DNA of 64,000 nucleotides from Eukaryota sp. GEM-RC1 (Eukaryota): NCBI GenBank assembly GCA_040285855.1, contig JAUFOQ010000001.1, positions 372,001 to 436,000 of the forward strand, read 5' to 3'. Shown piece by piece: positions 49,555 to 61,735 of this stretch (position 1 is its first letter; each line of letters starts with the position of its first letter). The notes under the pieces were generated by a model. It saw only the letters and a program-made list of their open reading frames with translations, ran no database searches and was not told where the DNA came from. The position numbers and the translations under genes were made by a program.

Positions 49555-52044
49555 ATGCCCGTTACCACAAGATCAAAAACAAGAACCACCTCTTTATCTG
49601 CTCCGGCTCCTAATACCAACTTAACTCAACCTCCACTTAAGACGAGTCGTTCCTCAGATGACTCTCCATCAGTTTATGATGGTACTAGTATTCTGTGTGC
49701 CAACTCTACCCCATCACCTCCTGTAATGACATTGACGCCCTCCCTCCTTCATGAATCTTCTCCCAAACGTATCTATCTCCAACAGTCCTTGTTGGTTCTG
49801 ATACAATCTCATTACCTCAGACTTCTCTTTAAGTCTGCTCGTAAAGACAACTACTGCCATCGTCCCTTTTCTCATTTGAGGGATATTCTCATCTCATTCT
49901 TCCAAACAGTTGGATACGTAAGCAATCGTTTCCTTGAATCTTCTTCCCTAGCAGTTAAGGTGTTCTTTGAAACATTTTCACGTCCTGTCATGATGCAACA
50001 ACTCCCTCAACTGTGTTACATGGCTTCAATCTTTAAAGCAAAGGTTCATTCGGTGTGTGTGACAGTGGACAATCGAACGCTAGTAAAAGACATTGGTGAG
50101 TTTACTTCAATAATAACTCATTTAAAATCACATGATGGTTGTTGTCTTCTACATCACTTTCTCGATCCTTCGTCTTCTGATTTCCTTCCGGGTCTACGAG
50201 TTCTTGAAGTCACCAATAAGCTATCTAATGATTTATTTACTTCCTTTTGTAAATCTTTAACGGTTAATAATACTGTTGTTGAATTTCATCTTGGAATTGA
50301 TTCCATTTCTTCTGCTGAAGCTGCCTCGCTGGCAGAAGTTTTTTCTTTAAATAAGACCTTACGAAAAATCTGTTTAAAATCAAGTAACTCACTTCAAGAT
50401 GAAGAATCTTTGATTATTTTTACCGCAATTTCAAATAATGTTGTTATTTCAAAAATTGATTTAACTAATCTTCGAATTAAATCTTCCAATGTTCTTCTTC
50501 CACTATTAAAGAGTTCTAGTCTTAGAAGTGTAAAGTTTCCTTTGAATTGTCGTCTTGATTCTTTTGTATTCGATGTTCTTAAAATCAATTCAAATATCCG
50601 AGAAGTTGTGATACAAAATTGTAAATTCGATTCTCAAGATCTTACTGAAATTTTAAAATGTAATACGTCTTTAAAAAAACTTGAAATTGGCGGTCCGCTT
50701 ACTATTTCACTTTGCAAAGCTCTTGAAACAAATACGTCTCTATTGGAATTTGTAGTTCATAATTCTAATTGGTTTCCTAACGGTTCACCTATCAATGACC
50801 AGATCCCTCAGTCGTTAAGTGAATTGTTGCGAAGAAATACAAGTCTTGCTGTTTTAAATATTGACTGTAGATTTGCGAGTTCGTCTCAATTTAAAACATT
50901 TTTAAAAGGATTTGAACAGAATTCAACAGTAAAGAAAGTTATCTTACCCGAACTGAACTTTGCTTGTTTAATGTTAGTTTTTGAAGCAGTATATAATGGA
51001 AAATTAGCGTCAAATGTTGACGTTTCCCACAATTGCATTGACACTACAAAAAGTGTGTTCAGTTTTATTCCATTTGGACGTATTCACATATCTCTTGAAG
51101 AGATTTCGTCTCTACCTGGGTTTTTAAATTCTTTTAATGTCAAAGAACTTACTTTAAGACGATGTTGGTTTGCATTTGAAGCATTCACAGCTTTCTGTGA
51201 TTCAATCAGGGTCAATAATTCATTGACTTCTGTTGACTTCAGTGATAATCAAATTTGTCAAGACAAATCACGGGGACGTTATGATACTCTACATGATGAA
51301 AATTTCTTGAAAATGATTGATGCACTTCAATGCAAACCTAATATTAAACAAGTGATTCTCAACGGCAGTTCAGTTGGATTTAAAGGTCCTTGTACTGTTT
51401 TTGAGCTTGTTTCTGCAAACCAATTAACTCCAAATATTGAAATCTCACCACATTCTTTTGATTTTGCTACTGGTTCTATCTCTTACGCCAACCCTATTGA
51501 TAATTCTGATTTACTTGTACTGTTAGATTCTTTAAAATCAAACGTTCCCATAAAACGCGTTAAATGTAAGCAGTGGCCAAGACCAAGTCTAGAAGTACTT
51601 GCTACTGTATTTGAAATTCTTTCAATTAACAAATCAGTTATAGATCTTGATATTTCTCCTCACCTTCTTGACGTTGAAAAAGGAGTATTTAGATATTTAC
51701 CAAAAACTCTCACCCCAATAACTGTTGAACAAGCGTCTTCACTGCAATCTTTGTTAAAGTGTTCTAATCTCAAAGAACTTACTCTTAAAAGGTTGATGTG
51801 TTTTTCTCACGAACTCGTGATTCCTTTGGCTGAGTCACTTAGACACAACACTTCCTTGACTTTTGTTGACTTCAGTCACTTGTCTATGTATAACAAAAGT
51901 TTCAAAGTATTAACTGATGCACTTGCAGTACATACTTCGGTTACTGAAATTCATTTCTGTAGTAGCTCTATCAGTTCAAATACCAAAAAATATATTGAAC
52001 GTAAATTGAATGGTCGTATTAAGTTTGTAGACATGAAATGCTGA
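49555..52044 (+). CDS. LRR protein, paralog 2 (intact, 829 aa from the first ATG)
   Basis: Open frame; RI-like repeats LxxxLxxNTSLxxLxI; S/T/P-rich N-terminus. Confidence 0.9.
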   Translation: MPVTTRSKTRTTSLSAPAPNTNLTQPPLKTSRSSDDSPSVYDGTSILCANSTPSPPVMTLTPSLLHESSPKRIYLQQSLLVLIQSHYLRLLFKSARKDNYCHRPFSHLRDILISFFQTVGYVSNRFLESSSLAVKVFFETFSRPVMMQQLPQLCYMASIFKAKVHSVCVTVDNRTLVKDIGEFTSIITHLKSHDGCCLLHHFLDPSSSDFLPGLRVLEVTNKLSNDLFTSFCKSLTVNNTVVEFHLGIDSISSAEAASLAEVFSLNKTLRKICLKSSNSLQDEESLIIFTAISNNVVISKIDLTNLRIKSSNVLLPLLKSSSLRSVKFPLNCRLDSFVFDVLKINSNIREVVIQNCKFDSQDLTEILKCNTSLKKLEIGGPLTISLCKALETNTSLLEFVVHNSNWFPNGSPINDQIPQSLSELLRRNTSLAVLNIDCRFASSSQFKTFLKGFEQNSTVKKVILPELNFACLMLVFEAVYNGKLASNVDVSHNCIDTTKSVFSFIPFGRIHISLEEISSLPGFLNSFNVKELTLRRCWFAFEAFTAFCDSIRVNNSLTSVDFSDNQICQDKSRGRYDTLHDENFLKMIDALQCKPNIKQVILNGSSVGFKGPCTVFELVSANQLTPNIEISPHSFDFATGSISYANPIDNSDLLVLLDSLKSNVPIKRVKCKQWPRPSLEVLATVFEILSINKSVIDLDISPHLLDVEKGVFRYLPKTLTPITVEQASSLQSLLKCSNLKELTLKRLMCFSHELVIPLAESLRHNTSLTFVDFSHLSMYNKSFKVLTDALAVHTSVTEIHFCSSSISSNTKKYIERKLNGRIKFVDMKC

Positions 52045-52604
52045 AACTTTTATTATGTTTTTAGATACTGTAGAAGTCCATTTATTTTTTTCCTATAAAC
52101 CTTTTTTGCCTAACTTCATCGATCAGGATTTTATTTGTTGCAATTAAATTAAACATGGTATACGACAAAATATACTAAATGTGATTCAAGAATTTCTAGC
52201 AATCAAATCTACAAAGCCAATTTCCACAAAGTACAAACAATGAACGGAGAATTTTTGTACTGAGCGGGCATCTAAAATGATCCGAGAGCTGTTTAAAGCG
52301 ACGGCAAGCTTTTCCACACATCCAATGCTGGAGTTTAAGGAACCTACAACCTGGACAAGACTGACAGATGAAACCCAGGAATAAGATCAGTTGTATTTGA
52401 AAGGAAAGAGTAACCTTTAAGAACAAATAATGGTAAAAGCAAAACAACTGCTGATCTAAAAAACAGTTCATGAAGGGAGGTCCGGGGCCGTGAAGTGGAA
52501 AAACAAGACTCTTTAGTCGGAGTCTAGAGAGGAGGGAAAACAAAATCTAAAGTCTATTCTATGTATTTTTAATTGAACGTTGGTATATTATTTGCTGTGA
52601 ACCA

Positions 52605-53440
52605 TTGCTTTTTACTAATACTGTATGGAAGAACAACATTTTAATTGTAGAAGATCATTACATTGAATTGGTAGTTGAACTCTTTGAGTATTGGTGAAAG
52701 ATATTCCATAAGACATTTGTTTAGTAACAATGGTGGTAGTTTAACATTGGAATTGTAGGTATTCAGTTCTTTTATACAAATATACACAGTAATAACATGG
52801 CATTTGATTCTAATGTACACTCTTTGTTGAAAAACAGTAGAACTCTTACAATGTTCCAGTGCATTAGTGGTAGCACCCGAATATTTATTAGATAACATTA
52901 CCAACTCTGACAATGAATCTCCTCGAGAACAATCGTTGGATATCTTGAGAGAAATGTTGTGAAATAGGGGTTCAAAGACAACCTTATCAAACAAAAGAAG
53001 AACAAATGCGGTCTTAAACTCTACAAATAATTAATGAGACAGCTTCAAAAGGATGTTATTTATTGAAGATTTCTACAAATATTAAAGATCTTGACCTTAG
53101 TGGATTCTAACAATATATTCAAAAAGTTCTTGATCTCTTACAGTACGGCTCCTTGTGTGGTCTACTTACACCTTTCTTCAAGAAAAGTCATATCAATAGA
53201 ACTTTCAGAGATATTAGTTAGTGGAGTCTAGTGAAGTTACCCCAACTGATTTCATCTTCAACTGCATCACGTCATCATCAACCTTGAGTCAGAAGAAAGA
53301 GAAGGTACATGTACAGTAATGAGAGAATCTGTCGTGTTTCTACAATTCCAGTTTTTTCATCTCCTTTTCATTTCATGTTTCACCATAATAAAACCTCCTC
53401 AATCATGTTCAGGTCAATTGATAATAAGTCTCATGAACAG
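52605..53440 (-). pseudogene. BTB-like family relic, copy 2
   Basis: DQELFEYIVRIH*GQDL resembles the BTB helix; stops and frameshifts; includes ORF 52641-52994. Confidence 0.45.
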
Positions 53441-53466
53441 CTGAAGAAACGTTATCCACAGTCTAA

Positions 53467-55138
53467 CTAACTATGATAAGGGACTCGAACACGCTTAACA
53501 CGTTGTTGGTCGAGTATCTTGTACTCAAGTGCCTTACGTTCACGTTCTGTTCTAAACCTACATACTTGTAAACGATAGTTCGTTCCAGGAATCAACTTTT
53601 CATTCATTTCTAGAAGAGCTTCATTAGCTTCTTCAGACTTCTCAAAACAAACATGACCAAATCTCCTACTCTCACCAGTTACCGTCTTCATCACAATTGA
53701 AGAAGTGACGGCACCAAAAGGAGAAAACATTTGGTAGAGAGAATCGTCTGTTGTGCTTGGAGGTAGTGAACCTACCCAAAGAGTTTTGTGCTTGGATGCT
53801 TCCTGGAGTTCAGTGCAGGTACGGTTATACTCTTTTTCAAGAACTGCAGCTGCAAGTTTTTCTGGTTGGAGAAACTTAATATCAATCGGAACTTTTCCAA
53901 ATGCAAATGATTGATGAAGTTCTTGCACAGCATTGATAGCTTGTTCAACATTTGCGAAAGAAGCAAAACCAGCTTTTTGATTTCTGGATTGTACTGTTAT
54001 AAGGCGATGAGATTTGACCTCACCAAATGAAGACAAGATTTCCAAAAACCGGTCACTTGTTACATCAATGGGAAGTTTCCTGACCATAACAGAGAGCTGT
54101 GCAGGAATACCATTAACCAGCCTGAAACGTGGGGTTGGTGGATGGTAAAAATGAACTGATATAGGAGAAGTCGAGTCCGGATCTTTACTAGAGCCAACTT
54201 CCTTACCATGCATTGCATCAATGACATTGATTGCACTTTGAGGGGTATCAAACAGGATAAGAGCACGTCCTTTAGATTTCCCTTGATCGTCTGTATTCAA
54301 TCCACCGGACATAATTTTTCCAAAAGGGGAGAAAAGTTCTTCCAACCTCTTTACATCAATGTTGGGATGTAAACCAGTGATGTATAGCTGACCTAACTTA
54401 CTCTTTTGATTGGAATTTTTAGACTTTGTTGTAGAAGGAGTTTGATCACTGACATTTAAACGACTCGAAGAGACAATATCAGCATTAGAAATATTGTCCA
54501 TGGTTTGTGATGGATCACGTAGTGGATCACGTGATGGAGAAGGAGTTCTTGTAGCAGTAAATGGATCATCAACAATAGGTGAATCGATAGACTTTTTTAC
54601 TGGAGTGTTCCTTGAACTTAACTCTAAGTAAACCTGCTCCCCAATCCTCGTTTTGAAGTTGAACTAGAGCTGACTTAGCTTCTTGATTAGAAAAGAAGTC
54701 ACAGAAACCAATGGCCATGGAGTCCATTGAAGTAGTTTCTAGGTGTACTGATCGAACGTTACCGAACATCTGACACTTGTGAGTGAGAGTTTCTATTGTT
54801 AAAGTATGAGGAATGTTTTCAATAATGAGAGAGGTCTGCATAAGTCCATTTCTTGGACGAGAACGGTGGACTTTGATGGAACATCCACAAAGATCTTCTT
54901 GAGAGAAGTCATTGATAACCTTGTTGACTTCAATGATGTTGTTGAAGGCTATAGTGGCAAAAAAGGAATATGGTCCTTGGTTGTCCCGTTTAACTTCACA
55001 GGAAGCAATAGTTCCATAACGATAGAATGCATTACGTAAGTCGTTGGTGGTGACATCAGAAGTTAGACCTGTTACGGTGATGACATTGGTTGGAAAACTC
55101 TTCATTTCTTGAGAGAAGTGTGGAAGGAAATACCTCAT
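53467..55138 (-). CDS. Multi-RRM (5 RRM) poly(A)-binding-protein-like protein, split by a 1-nt indel in the run at 54593-54598; possibly truncated at both ends
   Basis: Removing one base gives SSKKSIDSPIVDDPF...PSQTMDN, joining the two ORFs; the last RRM (SPFGAVTSSIVMKTVTGESRRFGHVCFEKSEEANEALLEMN...ERK) resembles PABP RRM4. Confidence 0.8.
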
Positions 55139-55760
55139 CTCGTGACCTGGGCTTGGTTAAAACCATTCGTTAAAGAAACAGATGAAAGAAATGACTTGAG
55201 AGCTCTAGAATTTGTTGGTCTTTTCTTTTCCAAGATTGATGACCTTTTGATTGATGACGTGATGGCAAACACTACTGAAGGGATTAAAACGCTTGTCAAA
55301 TATTGTACCTCTACTCAATCACAGTCGTGGTTCATCAAATCAATGGTGGAATCAATATTAAATCAAAGTTTCGATTTGAATGAGTTTTTAAATATTTTAA
55401 ATTCTAGTTCAATTGAAACCATTTCTTTCCAAATGGGATGATTTTCTATTTGTTCATTTAAACGATGTTGAAGATTTGGAAGCCGATTTGATGAAGTTTT
55501 TGTTTACACGAGTTAGGAATGTTCAATTTGATTCGTTGGTGAAGGAAGTTTCTGAATTAAAAGATGAAATTGTTGATCTAAAATCAACATTTCTAACATA
55601 TTTCCAATTTAACCACCGATAATGAGAATTGTAAAACTGAAAACTTTCAAATTCTCTCTGACAACACTAAATTACAACAAGAAATAGAGCAACTAGAAAA
55701 GACAACTGCAGAAATAGTTTCAGAATCTTAACTCGTTCTGATTTTGAACCATGAATCTCC
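55130..55760 (+). pseudogene. Decayed helical/coiled-coil gene fragment (BTB-BACK-like family?)
   Basis: Overlapping ORFs 55109-55441 and 55413-55622 that join by frameshift; no start. Confidence 0.35.
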
Positions 55761-56400
55761 TTAGATGAAGCATAATTGTTGCTTTCTACATCAGTAATTT
55801 TGGTTGGTAATTCTCATAATCTAGCAGTAAGGACAGATTTGTTTACTTCCCTCAATTCTTCTTGGATTAGTGTAATGCCTTTTTTGAGAATATTAAACAG
55901 CAAGGACAATATTTACATGCACGCATTGTACTAGTTCCTGAGAAGTTCGGTCTTGAGAAGTTTGTTAAGATAGTAAAGAATAGTATTGTAATCAGAGTTG
56001 TCGTTGTTGTACAATCAGGCTCTTGCATGGGAATCATATATGAAGGTAACTGATACGTTGATGGCATTAAGGTCATAAAAGATGAACAAAATGAACTCGA
56101 TTTGCTTCAGAACCGAATTCTAGTTTATCATTGTGAAGAACAACCGCTTCATCAATCCAACGGTTAATTGTTTGTAGGTAAGAATTCCTGCAAATGGTGC
56201 TCTTCAGTTAGAAGCTAGGAGCATTTTCCGAGTACTGTTAGTAACAATTTTATAATTGTTTCTGTATGCGGATAATAAATTGATGCAAACTTCTCTTTCT
56301 GATTCACAAAACATTTGCATTCATTGAAAAGATTGAGTGGCATAAAACACATTTGACCTTAATTGAGCATTGTAGCTGTCAGATGAATGTTTATTTCTCA

Positions 56401-57036
56401 TCAAAAAAAAAGAAACTTACGTGATACAAAAGCAAGTGTTGCAGTATGGTTTTCGAAAAGAAGATGTATTGTACCCAAACTAAAGTTGTAAAGTTCACTA
56501 CCTACACTAACTAACCAACTTCCTACAGATTTCCGAGCGTGTAAATTGCTTAATACAAGGAAAACCAGCTGAATTGCCACTATTATTACCACTAATAGTA
56601 ACCAATCGAACTGTACCACATGAGTTCCTTTGACAGCGACAAGATTATATTCAAAAGGAAGATTTCCTCCACCAAAGCAGACAAGTTCAACCTCAGTATC
56701 TTCATCTCCATCCAACAATGCACCAACAACAGCAAATCCAACTCGACCCGATTCACCACCAATTGCGGGATTCACCTTGCCGAGCATTTTATAGCCTGTG
56801 ACGGAATCTTCATCAACTACGCGCAATCCACAATTGAAAGCAGTGGGGTCTCCATTCAAATTGGCAGATCCAGTAGCGGTAATCTTCCAACTGCCCTCAC
56901 TTAAGGTCAAAGTATCAACAACATCAGCGATCGCATAACCATCTGCACTTGCATCTCCATGATCATCAGAAGCCACAATTTCACAAGAACACCATGTAAC
57001 ACAGGCTAAGAACAACAAGATTGACACCGTTCTCAT
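56401..57036 (-). CDS. Membrane protein: signal peptide, beta-rich ectodomain, TM helix; 3' exon structure uncertain
   Basis: MRTVSILLFLACVTWCSC signal; WLLLVVIIVAIQLVFLVL TM; candidate intron 56515-56480 and a GTAAGT donor at 56420. Confidence 0.7.
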   Translation of the reverse strand: MRTVSILLFLACVTWCSCEIVASDDHGDASADGYAIADVVDTLTLSEGSWKITATGSANLNGDPTAFNCGLRVVDEDSVTGYKMLGKVNPAIGGESGRVGFAVVGALLDGDEDTEVELVCFGGGNLPFEYNLVAVKGTHVVQFDWLLLVVIIVAIQLVFLVLSNLHARKSVGSWLVSVGSELYNFSLGTIHLLFENHTATLAFVSRKFLFF

Positions 57037-57149
57037 ACTAAACAAAGAAGGACGTAATGGGTTCTCCATTAAGGTTTCAGGCAATTGTATGCTACTGTAG
57101 ATAAACTGTAGTTACTAACTGTAGTGAAAGTGTGTGAATTGAAAATACT

Positions 57150-57279
57150 GGAAACGGTTCAGTTTGAGCAGGTTTCAAAACGGTTTAAACCCCGAATCTG
57201 GGTTAGGTTTGGTTTAGCTTTCAAAAGATGGTCTAGGTTTGTTAAAGGTTAAGGTGTTCGAGCCCATAAACCATCTTTA
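57150..57279. mobile_element. hAT-like terminus with GGTTT subterminal repeats
   Basis: Clustered ggttt/ggtt motifs ending aaaccatcttta. Confidence 0.35.
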
Positions 57280-58214
57280 TGTTAAGAATTACATGTCCGT
57301 TGTAAGTTAGAAATGGATATGTCATGCAACATTGGTTCCACATAACGTAGTGTAACATCATTCTTCAGTTTGAACTAAACTGTACTTCTTATCATATTCA
57401 ACGAATCGTCTCCAGTACTTGAAACTACTAGGTGTGAGAATACTATCATCAGACAGAAAAGCGCTATATTCTATATATGCACGTACATCGGTTGAAAACA
57501 CTTGTTTCTGGTTCACAACTGATAGAATGTGGTTGAATACCGAAACATTCTTTGTTGATTATTTATCTTTGTCATAGTTTCGATTTCACTTGTCTACGTA
57601 CCGTAAATTTTTGTCTTATGTTATCCCTAATACTAGTACCCTTTTTGACGGGGTTGTCAACACATTGGCCGAACAAGCCAATAGTGGAAAACTACACGAA
57701 TTTGATTTACAATACGCAAGTTTCAGTTATTGAATTGTCCCTTTTACTTCTCTCGTTCAGTTGAGGAACTATACAACTTTGGTGTGACGGTTAATGCCGA
57801 AAAACGTAATCTGTTACGGGATAGGGATGAACTCGTTTGGATTTAATCCTAATGTTTTAATAGTGTTTTGTTTAGAATAGCACGTGTTTATACGTGAGTG
57901 AATCCTTAGAATGAAATTGAGCCATTGTAAAGGAACTCATTGAGTTTGATGAACAAAACTCTGTTTTAAATAGAACACCATTTACGACATTGTTATAGCA
58001 TCCAAACGCATTGGTAGCATAAATTCAGTCCAATTCTAAACAGTTGATGAATCCATCGAAATGGACTGCTGAAAGTGGATAAGAACATTGTGACTTAAAA
58101 GATTAAGTTGAAGGAGATGGTGTGTGTAGTTTTTGGACATCTGTAAGCCGGACTTTGGAAGTAGCTTCCGTACTTGTATGTTGAATAACAGAGTTACAGC
58201 GTTATTGAAATTCG

Positions 58215-58290
58215 AATGTTTAGGTTTGGGGTGGTTTTTTCTAAAATAGGTATGATTTAAACCCTAAACCCGAACCTGCCCATTACTACT
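58215..58290. mobile_element. hAT-like terminus
   Basis: aaacccgaacctgcccattacta (reverse complement TAGTAATGGGCAGGTTCGGG). Confidence 0.4.
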
Positions 58291-60639
58291 AACCCATCCG
58301 CATTATGGGTAATACTTCAAATAGAGATGGGTTTGGCAGCCACTCAGCATCTTCCTACAATGTCTTTGCCATTGCTTAATCAGACTCCACGGTCAGACTT
58401 GTTGATACCAGAACTACATGTTCAATGTTTATATCAGATCATTGTTCAAAACCAGGCTCACCACCAGTTTAAACTGACTAAGATTTTAAATATTTGGCTG
58501 TGGGTGGATGTTCGGTTTCTATAATGTATGATTCAGATGTTTAGGACCGATTTTCAAATTTTAATTGATTTGTGATCCGCCAAATGGACCGGATTTTGCA
58601 GTATTTTTTCTCTCTTTAATCGAGGTTCTACCAACCTCTATGGACGTGATATGTAGACCATTTCATATGTAGCAGGACTTTCACCAGGTCTGAGAACATG
58701 AAGTGTCAACCAACTGTGGTTATAAACTGTGTCTTTCAACCCACCTGCATCTGTTCTACTGGTTGTGTCTATAGAACAGCAGCTTGATGTCTTCAAGAGA
58801 TCCGATTTAAAGCAATAAAGGTCCTTTACTTGCAACGAAATTACAATCAAGGTGATCTGGATAATAACATATATTTGCACAGCTTCAACACATGAATGCA
58901 CTGGAAATGTAACAACGAAGCAGATGTGTTGTCCGTTCACATTTAGAGTTCTTGGTGACGATCAATTTTTTAACAAAAAATTTCACCTTTTTAAACCACC
59001 TCTCCACCAATTCACTTATTTCGGACTCTGTTTCCTCACCGTGTCCTTTTTCTTATAATCGGGAAGTTACTTTGTGGATTGTTATTATGAATTGAGGAAG
59101 CGACTAAATCATAGAAGGGTTGATGAACACAATTTGATCATTTTCACAGAATCAGTCTGATAAATGCAAGTAAATCTTGACAAAATTGCCTGGAAGAACT
59201 GAACCAAAGTATGACTCCATCTGACAAAGTCATTTGATATACTTTTAATGCACAAAGATGAGCTGAACAAGCGCTTGTCAAGCATGTTGGACAAATACAG
59301 TAAAATACAGTTTGAATTTTAAATCCCATTTTTGGAATAATACATAAAATACTCAAACTACAGATTTTTACACGTTAAAGAGACATTTACTAGAAATTAG
59401 AAGAACATCAGCAAGGAGAACGAATCAGACAGTGTATCAGAGTTTGGTTGCTGGAGGAGAAGAGGAGGAGGAAACATTGAACACTTAACTGCTAGTAAGT
59501 GATACAATATCATCATCTTAAGGACTACACTTCAGTGGAGGTTCACGATTAGACATGTACAGTTTTGTTAAAAGAACACAAGAATCTCTCTAACTTGGCT
59601 GAAATTGATGAGACTAAGATTCCGTTTCACCCATGCAAAAATCATTCTATATTTGTCAGATGTTAGTAAAATAAATGCAAATAAAGGTGATAAGTTAATT
59701 GTTTAGGTTGTTTACAGACCGGAGTCCATCATATTCTAATAGAGGATTCACTATGAAGAAATAATAAGACCCAGAAAAATACAAAATTTTACGTCCTCCT
59801 TCATTCCTCTAGCTATTTGTTGTCGTGTTTGAGTAATAGATTTTCATTCTGGATCCCAAGAATTTAATTTTTGATTTTTTAAACTGCGTTAAAATATGTC
59901 TGATTCTCATATAGATGATGTCATTTGAGTTAGGATGAGTTTATTTTAACCTACCTCTATTGAAACAAGAAGAAAAAAATCTGAATTTTGCGCAGTTTAA
60001 TGCATTCATGGAAGATGAATAAGTAGAGAAGGGTGACGAATCTTTACATGTTGACCTTAGTGAGATGGATGTTCAAAACATAATAAATGACATTACAAAT
60101 GAAAACCCTGTGCATTTTGTGTTTGAATCAGACGAGGATGATGACACTGTGGAGGAAACACTGAGTTGTCCAACTATTAGTAGAACTAATTAGTAGACAA
60201 TTGATGAACTAAAGTAGCTTCCAAAGTACTGTCTTTCAAGTTCGTGATAAATTAGCAACTGTTAAACTGTCTGTTGTTGGGCCTAAAGTATCGGGAGATA
60301 AGTTACAACATGATAATTTTTGATATAAGTTATTCAGAGTACACATTTCATATCACGTGTGATTGTGATTTGGGATCAAAAATCACAAAACAGAACAAAA
60401 TTGATGTGAAGTACAACTATGCTCTTGAAGGATCCAGAAATAAAGGGGTTTGGTTTCTTGCTTGATAAATATTGCAGTAGAAGTAAAAGCAGTGTTCAAA
60501 GAAGTAATTCCAATGATGTGAAATACTGGGAATTGGTATGGGTTAGTTTTGTAAGTACTATTAAAATAGAAGTAAAGCAATGAGTAAGATTATCACTGTT
60601 TTTAAACACATTAATTAAATTTGTTTGTAACTATATAGC

Positions 60640-60960
60640 GGATCGCTGTTCTTGAGCTTATGGCACGTGGTCTACCAAATAAATCCAGGATCAAGAATCA
60701 TGCGGGCAAAAGTAGTTCAGTTGTGGACAAATGGACCATACTGCGCAACCAGCAACGAATATCTACTACTACGACTACGTGTTGTGCGTAATCATTTAGG
60801 AGTGTTACCATTCGGATTTAAAGTGGTACTCATTATTGTGTTTCACACTGAGGTCATCAAAGGTAACGTATTGGTCCAGGAAACAAAATTTTGTTGCTTT
60901 AATAAAGCCATATCAGAATTCTGGTTTGGTTACATAAGGAAGGTTCGTTTAGGATGATGG
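60640..60960 (-). mobile_element. Integrase-core-like remnant
   Basis: SWTNTLPLMTSV*NT...GNTPK*L resembles WxxxLPxxxxxxN...GxTPxxL. Confidence 0.3.
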
Positions 60961-61579
60961 AAAACGTTTCTATTTGGGGAAGAGAGAATAGATGAAGAGT
61001 TTGTCTGAATATTGTCGATCATTCAGCTCTTTTAGAACATAAGTCAAGTTGAAAATGAATCATAACTAACTACTTCTTTTGTTGTACCTATAGACACACT
61101 ATAAAACTACACTTTGAAATATAGTATTTAGCTATATGTATTGTACTCAGATCGCCCAGTGCACAGACCGAGTGTGTGTGAGCACAAATTCGTCACACTC
61201 GATAACTTAGGAGAATAGTAAACGAGACCAAAATGGGAGTGCACTGTTCTGATGGTCTTTCAACAAAACTACATGTCTAATCCTGAACCTTCACTGAAGA
61301 GTAGTCGTTCATTTGATGATAATGTAACACTTACTAGCAGTTAAGTGTTTAATGTTGCCTCCTCTTCTAGTATCTCCTTCCCGCAACCCCACTCTGATAC
61401 ACTTTCTGCTTCATTCTCATTGCTGTAAAGCTGGTTCTTCCTAATTCTCATTAAATAAGTCTTTTGTATTGATAGAAAGTGATTCATATCATTTACGGGA
61501 TGGACCATTCTCAAATATCAGTGATGATGGAGGTGCTTGTTATCCACGTGGATAGCCATCCAATTCAAGCTTAACAAGG

Positions 61580-61735
61580 TAGAAAAAGTGTTTATTTTGT
61601 GACAAAGTTTCCACTCATGCTGAAGAAGTAGGACAACAGCATGCTTTAGTTAATAGCGAGATCCAGTATATACCAAAAAATGCTACTCGTCTTTGTCAAC
61701 CTGCTGACAGCTTTGTCATCCAAAAGATCAAACCG
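61580..61735 (+). mobile_element. pogo/Tigger (DDE_1) transposase remnant
   Basis: LFCDKVSTH ... IQYIPKNATRLCQPADSFVIQKIK matches LxxDNxxxH...LPPNxTxxxQPxD. Confidence 0.65.

Larger units (their letters stand above)
44891..53095. repeat. Tandem segmental duplication: unit 1 44891-48490, unit 2 48504-53095
   Basis: Both units contain rhodanese 3' part + LRR gene + antisense BTB-like relic, start aacaccacgcactctc and end agatcttgac. Confidence 0.9.

Noticed and set aside
8280..54598. Euplotes-style programmed frameshifting
   Set aside because: Breaks need both +1 and -1 corrections and share no motif beyond homopolymers
57190..58275. ggttaggttt / accctaaaccc as telomeric repeats
   Set aside because: Not tandemly periodic; better explained as transposon subterminal motifs
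58560..59120. Possible retroviral-type protease remnant
   Set aside because: No D(T/S)G catalytic motif visible
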